This document shows positions 10,020-17,162 of a DNA stretch of 64,000 nucleotides, in pieces. The stretch comes from Myxococcota bacterium. Lineage in GTDB: Bacteria > Myxococcota_A > UBA9042. Within the stretch, counting starts at the first letter, position 1. Each line of letters opens with the position of its first letter. The notes beneath the pieces are model-generated. The model worked only from the letters and a program-made list of their open reading frames with translations, ran no database searches and was not told the origin of the DNA. The stretch is taken from positions 2,635 through 66,634 of the forward strand of contig JBMOIG010000002.1 in assembly GCA_049317445.1 (NCBI GenBank), in the 5' to 3' direction. A program made the position numbers and the translations under genes.

Positions 10020-10436
10020 ATGGGAAACAAGCTTTTTGTCGGTGGCCTGAGCTGGGGAACGACGGACGAGTCGTTGCGCTCGGCCTTCGCGGAGTGTGGG
10101 GATGTGACGGACGCCAAGGTCATCACGGATCGTGAGACCGGCCGCTCGCGCGGTTTCGGCTTCGTTACGATGGCGGACGACGCCAGCGCTCGCGAGGCTG
10201 TGAGCCGCATGGACGGCCAGGCGATCGACGGTCGCACCGTCAAGGTCAGCGAGGCGCAAGAGCGCAGCCCCCGTAGCGGCGGCGGCGGCGGTGGCGGCGG
10301 CTTCGGCGGCGGCGGCGGCGGCGGTGGTGGCTACGGCGGCGGCGGCGACCGCGGCGGTCGCGGCGGCTTCGGCGGTGGCGGCGGCGGCGATCGCGGCGGC
10401 TTCGGCGGCGACCGCGGCGGCTTCGGCCGGCGCTAG
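10020..10436 (+). CDS. Glycine-rich RNA-binding protein (single RRM domain plus RGG/Gly tail)
   Basis: MGNKLFVGGLSWGTTDESLRSAF...RGFGFVTM contains the RNP-2 (LFVGGL) and RNP-1 (RGFGFVTM) motifs. C-terminal GGGGGGGGFGGGGGGGGGYGGGGDRGGRGGFGGG repeat tail. Confidence 0.85.
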   Translation: MGNKLFVGGLSWGTTDESLRSAFAECGDVTDAKVITDRETGRSRGFGFVTMADDASAREAVSRMDGQAIDGRTVKVSEAQERSPRSGGGGGGGGFGGGGGGGGGYGGGGDRGGRGGFGGGGGGDRGGFGGDRGGFGRR

Positions 10437-10493
10437 GCCCCAGCCACGGTCCGGGATGCCGGACCGACGCAAGCTACACTGCGAGCAAGCGAA

Positions 10494-10540
10494 CAACGCC
10501 CGCGGCACCGAAAGGAGCCGCGGGCGTTGTGCTTTTTGCC
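10494..10540 (+). terminator. Rho-independent terminator downstream of the RRM gene
   Basis: AACGCCCGCGGC-accgaaaggag-GCCGCGGGCGTT followed by GTGCTTTTTG. GC stem plus U-tract. Confidence 0.6.
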
Positions 10541-10630
10541 CCAAGCGCCGCTCATAGGAGTCCGGCGGCAGGCAGGCAGGCAAGCACCCTTCGGAACTCG
10601 CCGCCCAGGCCTCCGCGCATCCCCAAAACC

Positions 10631-10672
10631 AGAACGCCCGCGGGACCTTGCGGTGCCGCGGGCGTCCTTGAG
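10631..10672 (-). terminator. Probable terminator hairpin downstream of the A3 gene (end of the A/B array)
   Basis: Inverted repeat ACGCCCGCGG...CCGCGGGCGT located 35 nt beyond the stop at 10707. The stem sequence is the same as the neighbouring plus-strand terminator. No clear U-tract on the minus strand. Confidence 0.4.
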
Positions 10673-10706
10673 TTGAGAGCGAAGCCGCTATCGGCCGAGC
10701 GGCGAG

Positions 10707-12755
10707 CTACTGGTCGTAGCCGCCAGTGGCCGTGTCGAGGTCGTCGACGTACTGCAGTCCTGCGGGCAGGGCGAGGCTGTTGTTCGTGAAGCCCAAAATG
10801 AGCGTGCGGGACGAGTTGGACTCGGGACCAGTTGTCGAGACAAAGATCACCGTGCTCGTACGTCCAGCCGGAATCGACAGGGACACATCCTTCAGGCAGC
10901 CGGCATTGCAATTGCTGTCGGACGACCAAATGTTCTGTCCGTTGAGAGCGACCGAAGCGCGCTCCGACCAGCCGGGGTAGGCCGTGTATGCGAACCGAAC
11001 CGGCCAGGCTACGGTGGCGGCGGTGGTGTTCTTGATTCGGAACAGGGTGCCAGCAAAGCGCGACTGGCAGCTGCTACAGCCACGGTTGCGGCCGTACTTG
11101 AACCACTCGGAGTACACCCGCGCGTTGTTCATGGCGCTCCCCTTGCGATTGAAGAGCGTCGCCTGAATCGACTTGTCCGCGGAGATATCCGAAGCCTTGC
11201 CCTCACCATCGGACCAAGTCGACGGGTTGACGCCGCCAAAAAGGTCCGTCTGATTGCCGAATAGCCAGCCGCCGTTGCTGTTGTACGTGCTCCAAACGCC
11301 CCACCGGTAGGTCGAGGGGGTCAGGCCGCCAATGAACTGCGCAGCCGACACCTGACCGGTCACGGTGACGTTGCCGGTCACGGCGATGTTGCTCTTGACG
11401 TTGACTGTCTTGGCAGACACCAGCGTAAAGGCGACCGACCAGCTGTTGATCGCTCCGTCGGAATTGCCGCCCGTCACAGTGCTGTCCAGAACCTTCAGGT
11501 ACCACTTGCCTGCGGGGCTCTGACCCTTCCAGACGGAAAGATCGCCGGTGGCGACCGCCGTCGGGGTCGGGTAGGTCGTCTTCAGCACGGTGCCGCTACC
11601 CGACTTGTTGTGAAGGATGTACTCGTCACCATTCGGATCGTAGAGGTAGACGACCAGCTTGCCGATGTTGGAGTTGGTCAGATCCACCGACACCGTCATG
11701 CTCTGGATGGTGCCCAGCGCGCCGGCGGTGACGGAGTCGGTCACGCCGACGGGGCTGTTGTCAGGGATCGCGATGGCGGTCTTGCCGGCCAGCGTATCGG
11801 TGACCAAGTTGGTGAGGACGCCGTTCGACACGACCACGAGGCCGTCGTTCGGCAACATGTCGGCCGTCACCGACGGCGTCGCCGCCTCGACGCACGCCAA
11901 AGTACCGTCCGCGTTGATGCCTTCCGCAAGGAAGCCGGGGTCGCAAGCGGCGTCAGTGGCCACCAGCGTCGGCAGGTCACCCAAGTCGGCATAGCTGCCC
12001 GACGACGCGACGGTGGCAAGGTCAGCTGCCAGCGCATAGGCCGTCAGGTCCGGCACGCCGGTCAGGTCCGCGTACGCTCCCGAGGTCGCGAGTGCAGCCA
12101 GCGCGGCCGCCTTGGCGTAGATCGTCAGGTCCGGCGTCCCCGCCAAGTCCGCATACGCACCCGAAGATGCGAACTTGGTCAGGCCAGCCGACTTCGCGTA
12201 GGGCGCCAGGTCGGGCGTGCCTACCAGGTCCCCGTAGGCGCCGGTCGTTGCCGACTTGGAGAGGTCTGCCGACTTGACGTAGGGCGCAAGAACGGCCGGA
12301 TCGACGCTGGTCGACTTGACGCAGCCCGTGCAGTCCAACGCCTCGGTCACGATGCTGCGCATGGCGAACGGAACCGACGACAGCGACTGTCGCGGGAACT
12401 CAGGGTCCGCCCCGACCTTCACGCCGACAAACGGCGTCGTCAGGTTCGCAAAGACCGCCGGATTGATCGGCGTCTTCACGCCCAACGTGAAGTGGTAGAA
12501 GCCGCTCTTCACGGTCACGTTGACCGGACCCTCAGCAAACACCGCAACACCGCCGGAGGACGCTGCGTAGAGGCTGAAGGTCACGGCGTAGGTGCCGTCC
12601 GCCACGGGTCCGCCGCCCACCGAGAACAGGCCGCCGTGAACGGCAAGCGTGCTGGGGGCAGCGGCGAATGCGACGCCGGGCAGCGACAGGGCCAGGACGA
12701 CGGCCATGCTGCGCAACACGCCGAGTGCCTTGGAACCAGAGGTGAAGATGGTCAT
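10707..12755 (-). CDS. Family-A secreted protein A3: signal peptide, N-domain, phage-tail-fibre-like 22-aa repeats, P-domain (proprotein-convertase type), conserved unknown C-terminal domain
   Basis: 682 aa; MTIFTSGSKALGVLRSMAVVLALSLPGVAFA signal. Four to five tandem repeats YAK.A.L.K.ATSGAYADLxGxPDL. Segment GKLVVYLYDPNGDEYILHNKSGSGTVLKTTYP...WKGQSPAGKWYLKVLDSTVTGGNSDGAINSWSVAF resembles a P-domain. C-terminal ~220 aa (TYRWGVWSTYNSNGGW...LQYVDDLDTATGGYDQ) is conserved in all three paralogs. Paralogous to 15419-17068 and 19717-21756. Confidence 0.8.
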   Translation of the reverse strand: MTIFTSGSKALGVLRSMAVVLALSLPGVAFAAAPSTLAVHGGLFSVGGGPVADGTYAVTFSLYAASSGGVAVFAEGPVNVTVKSGFYHFTLGVKTPINPAVFANLTTPFVGVKVGADPEFPRQSLSSVPFAMRSIVTEALDCTGCVKSTSVDPAVLAPYVKSADLSKSATTGAYGDLVGTPDLAPYAKSAGLTKFASSGAYADLAGTPDLTIYAKAAALAALATSGAYADLTGVPDLTAYALAADLATVASSGSYADLGDLPTLVATDAACDPGFLAEGINADGTLACVEAATPSVTADMLPNDGLVVVSNGVLTNLVTDTLAGKTAIAIPDNSPVGVTDSVTAGALGTIQSMTVSVDLTNSNIGKLVVYLYDPNGDEYILHNKSGSGTVLKTTYPTPTAVATGDLSVWKGQSPAGKWYLKVLDSTVTGGNSDGAINSWSVAFTLVSAKTVNVKSNIAVTGNVTVTGQVSAAQFIGGLTPSTYRWGVWSTYNSNGGWLFGNQTDLFGGVNPSTWSDGEGKASDISADKSIQATLFNRKGSAMNNARVYSEWFKYGRNRGCSSCQSRFAGTLFRIKNTTAATVAWPVRFAYTAYPGWSERASVALNGQNIWSSDSNCNAGCLKDVSLSIPAGRTSTVIFVSTTGPESNSSRTLILGFTNNSLALPAGLQYVDDLDTATGGYDQ

Positions 12756-12849
12756 GAGATGCCCTCTCTTGCGGCGGGGTCGGTGGCTCTGGTGTCAGTT
12801 GCGTCGCCCCGCCGGCAACGCCTACTGTGCCTCTCGGCAAGCCCTGGTC
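12756..12849 (-). repeat. Conserved ~94-nt B-to-A intercistronic leader (copy 1), ~90% identical to 17069-17162
   Basis: Direct comparison: gagatgccctctcttgcggcggggtcggtgg(c/t)c(c/t)tggtg(a/t)cagt(c/t)gcgtcgccccgccggcaacgc(tt/ct)(g/a)ctgtgcct(t/c)tcggcaagccctggtc. In mRNA sense it contains an 8-bp GC stem CGGCGGGG...CCCCGCCG just 5' of the RBS AAGAGAGGG. Confidence 0.7.
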
Positions 12850-15366
12850 TTACTGCCCGATCAGTGCGCGGAGCCAAACGTACCAACCCAACCGGGTGAA
12901 GTACTTCTCGCCACCGCTCGCTTCGCCCGTCACGACGCTTGTGCCGACGTAGGTCTGCGTTCCATAGGTGCTTCCAGCAGCATTCACGGCAGCTGTGCCG
13001 AAGTCGACCGTCGCCGCTCCAGGCTCACAGCCCTCGTCGGTGATGCCGTCGCACGTGTCGTCGATGCCGTTGCAGGACTCGGAGTTCGCCGGCAGCACGG
13101 CGTCCTTGCAGATGCCGTAGGTGCCATCCGCCTGGCAAGCCTTCAGGCCATCCTTGCACTTGCCCTTGCCCTGGTTCTTCGGGTCGCCGGGGAAGCACGC
13201 GGCCGTGGCTGACGTGTCCACCTTGTGCGAGCACCCGGAGTCCTTGGCGCACGTGTCGGCGGTGCAGGGGTTGTTGTCGTCGCAGTTCGCCGCGGCACCG
13301 GAGACGCAGGTGTAGGCCTTGGTGACAGGATTCGTTCCGCAGGCGTCGCCCGAAGTGCACGCGTTGCCGTCGTCGCACGAGGCCGCGATCGGCTGGAAGA
13401 CGCAGGTGCCGGTCGTGGGGTCACACGCGTCCTTGGTGCAGTTCTCCTTGTCCTCACAGACCTTCTTGGGGCCTGCGACGCAGGAACCGCCGGCGCAGAC
13501 GTCGTTCACGGTGCAGGCGTTGCCGTCAGCGTCGCAAGGGGCCGTGTTGACAGTGAAGGTGCAACCCGACTTGGGGTCGCAGGCGTCGTCGGTGCAGAGA
13601 TTGGCGTCGTCGCACTTCTGCGCCGCGCCCTTGACGCACTGACCGTCTGCGCAGGCATCGTTCACGGTGCACAGGTCGTCGTCCGCGTTGCAGCCCGTAC
13701 CGACAACCGCCTTGGTGACCACGCACTGGCCGTCACCAGGATTGCACGCGACCGACTGGCACTGGTTGTTCAGGGTCTCGTCGCACTTGACCACGGAGTC
13801 CAGCTTGACGTTGCAGACCCACTTCACCGGGTCGGTCTTGTCGCAGAACAGCGTTCCGTTGCAGGCGTTGCCGTCCTCAGACGCCGCGCAGTCCTTGTCT
13901 TCAGCGCAGCTGCACTGGTTGGCGCCGGGAATGCAGGTTCCGGAGGTGCACTTGTCGCCAGGCGTACAAGGGTTGCCGTCGTCGCACGCCACGCCATCCG
14001 CGCCTGCCGGGTCGTGCACGCAGCCCTTGGAGGGCACACACGCATCCACCGTGCAGGGGTCCTTGTCGTCGCAGACCGTCGCGGTGTCCACCGCTGTGCC
14101 GGTGCACTTGCCGACCTTGCAGGCATCCTGCTCAGTGCAGGCGTCGCCGTCGTCGCAGACCGGCCCGTCCAAGTTGGCGTGCTTGCAGCCCAACATTGGG
14201 TCGCAGCTGTCCGCGCTGCAGGCATCCTTGTCGTTACAGTCGATCAGCTCGCCTCCGCAGGTCGAGGAGGTCGCGTCCGAGGCCAAGCAGACGTCTTTCA
14301 TCGTGCAGGCGCTGGCATCGTCGCAGGGTGTGCCGTCGGGCCGGGCGGCCGTCAGACAGTCTCCACTCGTCTTGTCGCATGAGCCGGACAGGCAGGGGTC
14401 GCCAGTCTCACACGTCTTGACTTCACCCTTGACGCAGGCGCCGTCCTTGCAGGTGTCGGCCACCGTGCAGGCGTCACCGTCAGCGTCACAGCTCGCGGTA
14501 TTGTTGGTGAAGACGCAGCCCTTCGCCGGGTCACACGTGTCGTCGGTGCACGGATTCTGGTCGTTGCACTCAAGGGTCGGACCTGGCTCGCACTTCGCCG
14601 CCTTGGTGCAGTAGTCGCCGTTGGTGCACAGGCTGTCGTCGGCGTTGCAGGTGCCCGTCTTCACCGCGTTCTTGCAGCCGTCCTTGCCCGCGCAAGAGTC
14701 CTCGGTGCATTGGTTGCTGTCGTCACAGGTCACGTCGTCGGTCGCGGCGTTGCAGTCGTTGTCGAGCCCGTCGCAGATCTCCGCCGTGGGCGCCTTGGCC
14801 GAGCAAGCGGTCAGGCCGGCCGCCTCGCACTTGCGAGTGCCCGTGCACTTGTTGACGCCCTGGGCGTCTGCGGAGAAGCAGGTCGTGTCCCAACCGGCGG
14901 CGATGGCGGCCTCACTGCACTTGCAGACGGCTCCGTCCTTCGGCACGCACTGCTTGACGGCGGCGCCGGTCACGTCCTTGACGTCAGCGCAGCCGTATCC
15001 GTCCGCGCAATCCTTGTCGACCGCGCACTTCGCTCCGCAAAACGCGCCGTCCTTGCCGAAGTCCACGCACACCGCGTCCGGAGCGCCGGCGCACTGGATG
15101 TTCGCCACGCAGGGAGCGCACAGGTCCCGGCCTTCCGGCTTCGCGATGTCCTGGTCCGTCATGTCGCCCGCAACATCGTCGGTGCTGTCCGGCTGGGTCA
15201 CATCGCCGGTGGTGTCTGCGGTGTCCGCGGTGTCCGCGACCACTGTGTCCGCGGGAGTCTCAGTCGTGGAACCGGCGTCGCCGCACGCGACCAGGCCGGC
15301 AGTAGCCAGTCCAAGTACACACGCCGTTGCGATGCGTCCAGCAAGCAGTTCTCGAAGGGTCTTCAT
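12850..15366 (-). CDS. Family-B cysteine-rich lipoprotein B2 (MopE-like CDGxDNDC motifs plus Myxococcus-type Cys-rich repeats)
   Basis: ATG 15366 with GAGGAGTGG RBS. MKTLRELLAGRIATACVLGLATAGLVACGD (lipobox LVAC). About 20 units of C-[DN]-D-x-[ND]-x-C-T-x-D-x-C spacing. AEICDGLDNDCNAATDD and ESCNGIDDTCDGITDEGC motifs. C-terminal GGEKYFTRLGWYVWLRALIGQ. Longer ORF to 15405 adds 13 unlikely residues. Confidence 0.75.
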   Translation of the reverse strand: MKTLRELLAGRIATACVLGLATAGLVACGDAGSTTETPADTVVADTADTADTTGDVTQPDSTDDVAGDMTDQDIAKPEGRDLCAPCVANIQCAGAPDAVCVDFGKDGAFCGAKCAVDKDCADGYGCADVKDVTGAAVKQCVPKDGAVCKCSEAAIAAGWDTTCFSADAQGVNKCTGTRKCEAAGLTACSAKAPTAEICDGLDNDCNAATDDVTCDDSNQCTEDSCAGKDGCKNAVKTGTCNADDSLCTNGDYCTKAAKCEPGPTLECNDQNPCTDDTCDPAKGCVFTNNTASCDADGDACTVADTCKDGACVKGEVKTCETGDPCLSGSCDKTSGDCLTAARPDGTPCDDASACTMKDVCLASDATSSTCGGELIDCNDKDACSADSCDPMLGCKHANLDGPVCDDGDACTEQDACKVGKCTGTAVDTATVCDDKDPCTVDACVPSKGCVHDPAGADGVACDDGNPCTPGDKCTSGTCIPGANQCSCAEDKDCAASEDGNACNGTLFCDKTDPVKWVCNVKLDSVVKCDETLNNQCQSVACNPGDGQCVVTKAVVGTGCNADDDLCTVNDACADGQCVKGAAQKCDDANLCTDDACDPKSGCTFTVNTAPCDADGNACTVNDVCAGGSCVAGPKKVCEDKENCTKDACDPTTGTCVFQPIAASCDDGNACTSGDACGTNPVTKAYTCVSGAAANCDDNNPCTADTCAKDSGCSHKVDTSATAACFPGDPKNQGKGKCKDGLKACQADGTYGICKDAVLPANSESCNGIDDTCDGITDEGCEPGAATVDFGTAAVNAAGSTYGTQTYVGTSVVTGEASGGEKYFTRLGWYVWLRALIGQ

Positions 15367-15418
15367 CTGCCACTCCTCGGTCCGACGGCGTTCAGTGCTG
15401 TGCAAGTCGCAACCCGCA

Positions 15419-17068
15419 TCAGTTGTCCCAACCGTTCGCGGCGGTCTCCAGATCGTCCACGTACTCGAGGCCGTCCGGCAGAGTCAGCGTCGGATGGCGG
15501 AAGCCAAGCATGACAAGCACGTTGCCGCGTCCGCCTGGGCCGTTGCTGCTCACGAAGATGACGGTGCTGGTTCGGTTGGCCGGGATGGTCAACGCGACGC
15601 TCTGCTCACAACCGTTGCCGCAGTCGTTGCCGGATTGCCAGACGTTGCTGCCGTTCAGGGCGACGGAGGCCTGATTGCTCCACCCTGAATACGAGGTGTA
15701 GACGTACTTCACGGTCCAGGTGATGGCAGAGCCCGTGCTGTTTCGGACACGCATGAGGGTTCCGGCGAATCGCGCGGCTTGGCTGTAGTTGCCACCAATC
15801 TGAAACTGCTCGGCAACGACGTTCGCGGCAGAGCGGGCGTAGCCCTTGCGATTGAACAGCGATGCAAGCACGTTTTTGTCCGAGCTCATCGCAGCCGCAT
15901 TGGCCATGCTCTCAGCCCAGTTCGACGGGTTGACGCCGCCAAACAGGCTGGCGTTGTTGCCCCAGAACCAGTCGTTGCAGTTCAGGTAGGTGTCCCACAT
16001 GCCCCAGCGGTACGTCGCGGTCGGCACGCCCTTGATCGGCTTGGAAACGATGAGGTTGCCGGTGATGGTCAGGTTGCCGGCGGCGCTGAAGTTGTCCGCC
16101 ACCTTCAGGGTGCCGCTGACGTTCTGAAGGATGCCGTTCGAGATGGCTCCGAGTCCGTCCGGGGGAAGCGACGCGGCGGGCAGCAGACCTACCATCGCCT
16201 GGGCGCAATCCAACGAACCGTCCGCCTTGATGCCCTTGACCACCAGACCCGTGCCGCAGCTGACGCCGAGGGCGACGTGGGTGGGCAGTCCTGCGAGGTC
16301 GGCGTAGGCGCCCGTCGTGGCGACCTTGGCGAGGTTGGCCTTGACGGCAAATCCCGTAAGGTCGGGCGCATCCGCGACATCGGCGAACTTGCCTGACGTC
16401 GCGACCGTCGCCAGGTTGCCCGACTGTGCGTAGACGGCGAGGTTCGGCGTGCCCGCGACGGTGGCGTAGGCGCCCGAGGTCGCGACCTTGGCGAGGTCAG
16501 CGATCTTCGCGTAGGGCGAAAGGTCAGGCGTGCCCGCAAAGTCGGCATAGGCGCCTGAGGTCGCGGCCTTCGCCAAGCCAGCGGACTTCGCATAAGGCGC
16601 GAGCACCGCGGCGTCCAACTGACCGGACGTGATGCAGCCCGTGCAGTCCACGCCGTCGGCGGTGGCCGACCGCAGTGCGTAGGGCAGCGCACCCATCGGC
16701 TGGCGGGCCAGCTCCGGGTCGGCGCCAATCTTGATGCCGAGATACGGCGTGGCCAAGGCCACCACGACCGCGGGGTCCAGCAGCGTCTTGGAGCCGATGG
16801 TGTACTGGTAGTAGCCACCCTTCACGGCGACCACGACCGGCCCCTCAACGTACACCGGGTTTCCGCCCACGGCGGCCTGGTACAGGCTGAAGGTCATGAA
16901 GTAGTTGCCATCCGACACCGCGCCACCGCCGGCAGCGAACAACCCGCCATGAACCGCCATCGAGCTGGGCACGGCCGCAAAAGCGACGCCCGACAGCGAC
17001 AGGGCCAGGACGACGGTCATGCTGCGCAACACGCCGAGTGCCTTGGATCCAGAGGTGAAGATGGTCAT
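15419..17068 (-). CDS. Family-A secreted protein A2 (short form: tail-fibre-like repeats and C-domain, P-domain absent)
   Basis: ATG 17068 gives MTIFTSGSKALGVLRSMTVVLALSLSGVAFA, nearly identical at nucleotide level to the A3 start. Repeats LAKAATSGAYADFAGTPDLSPYAK... C-terminal ATYRWGMWDTYLNCNDWFWGN...LEYVDDLETAANGWDN. The ~110-aa P-domain segment of A1/A3 is missing. Confidence 0.75.
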   Translation of the reverse strand: MTIFTSGSKALGVLRSMTVVLALSLSGVAFAAVPSSMAVHGGLFAAGGGAVSDGNYFMTFSLYQAAVGGNPVYVEGPVVVAVKGGYYQYTIGSKTLLDPAVVVALATPYLGIKIGADPELARQPMGALPYALRSATADGVDCTGCITSGQLDAAVLAPYAKSAGLAKAATSGAYADFAGTPDLSPYAKIADLAKVATSGAYATVAGTPNLAVYAQSGNLATVATSGKFADVADAPDLTGFAVKANLAKVATTGAYADLAGLPTHVALGVSCGTGLVVKGIKADGSLDCAQAMVGLLPAASLPPDGLGAISNGILQNVSGTLKVADNFSAAGNLTITGNLIVSKPIKGVPTATYRWGMWDTYLNCNDWFWGNNASLFGGVNPSNWAESMANAAAMSSDKNVLASLFNRKGYARSAANVVAEQFQIGGNYSQAARFAGTLMRVRNSTGSAITWTVKYVYTSYSGWSNQASVALNGSNVWQSGNDCGNGCEQSVALTIPANRTSTVIFVSSNGPGGRGNVLVMLGFRHPTLTLPDGLEYVDDLETAANGWDN

Positions 17069-17162
17069 GAGATGCCCTCTCTTGCGGCGGGGTCGGTGGC
17101 CCTGGTGACAGTCGCGTCGCCCCGCCGGCAACGCTTGCTGTGCCTTTCGGCAAGCCCTGGTC
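17069..17162 (-). repeat. Conserved ~94-nt B-to-A intercistronic leader (copy 2)
   Basis: See 12756-12849. Same hairpin-plus-RBS arrangement preceding A2. Confidence 0.7.

Noticed and set aside
10291-10440. GGC/GGT-rich tandem nucleotide repeats
   Set aside because: They encode the glycine-rich tail of the RRM protein. Not a CRISPR array or an independent repeat element.
12532-12840. Small ORFs MPRGTVGVAGGATQLTPEPPTPPQERASHDHLHLW… (also 16845-17153)
   Set aside because: Their conservation reflects the duplicated leader and 5' end of the A genes read in another frame. They overlap the A start codons and the intercistronic hairpin, so they are treated as non-coding.
13225-15688. Plus-strand ORFs 13225-14382, 13667-14614, 14621-15688 and others
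   Set aside because: Antisense to the Cys-rich B2 gene. The minus frame encodes regular C-DDxNxCTxDxC repeats plus a lipoprotein signal.
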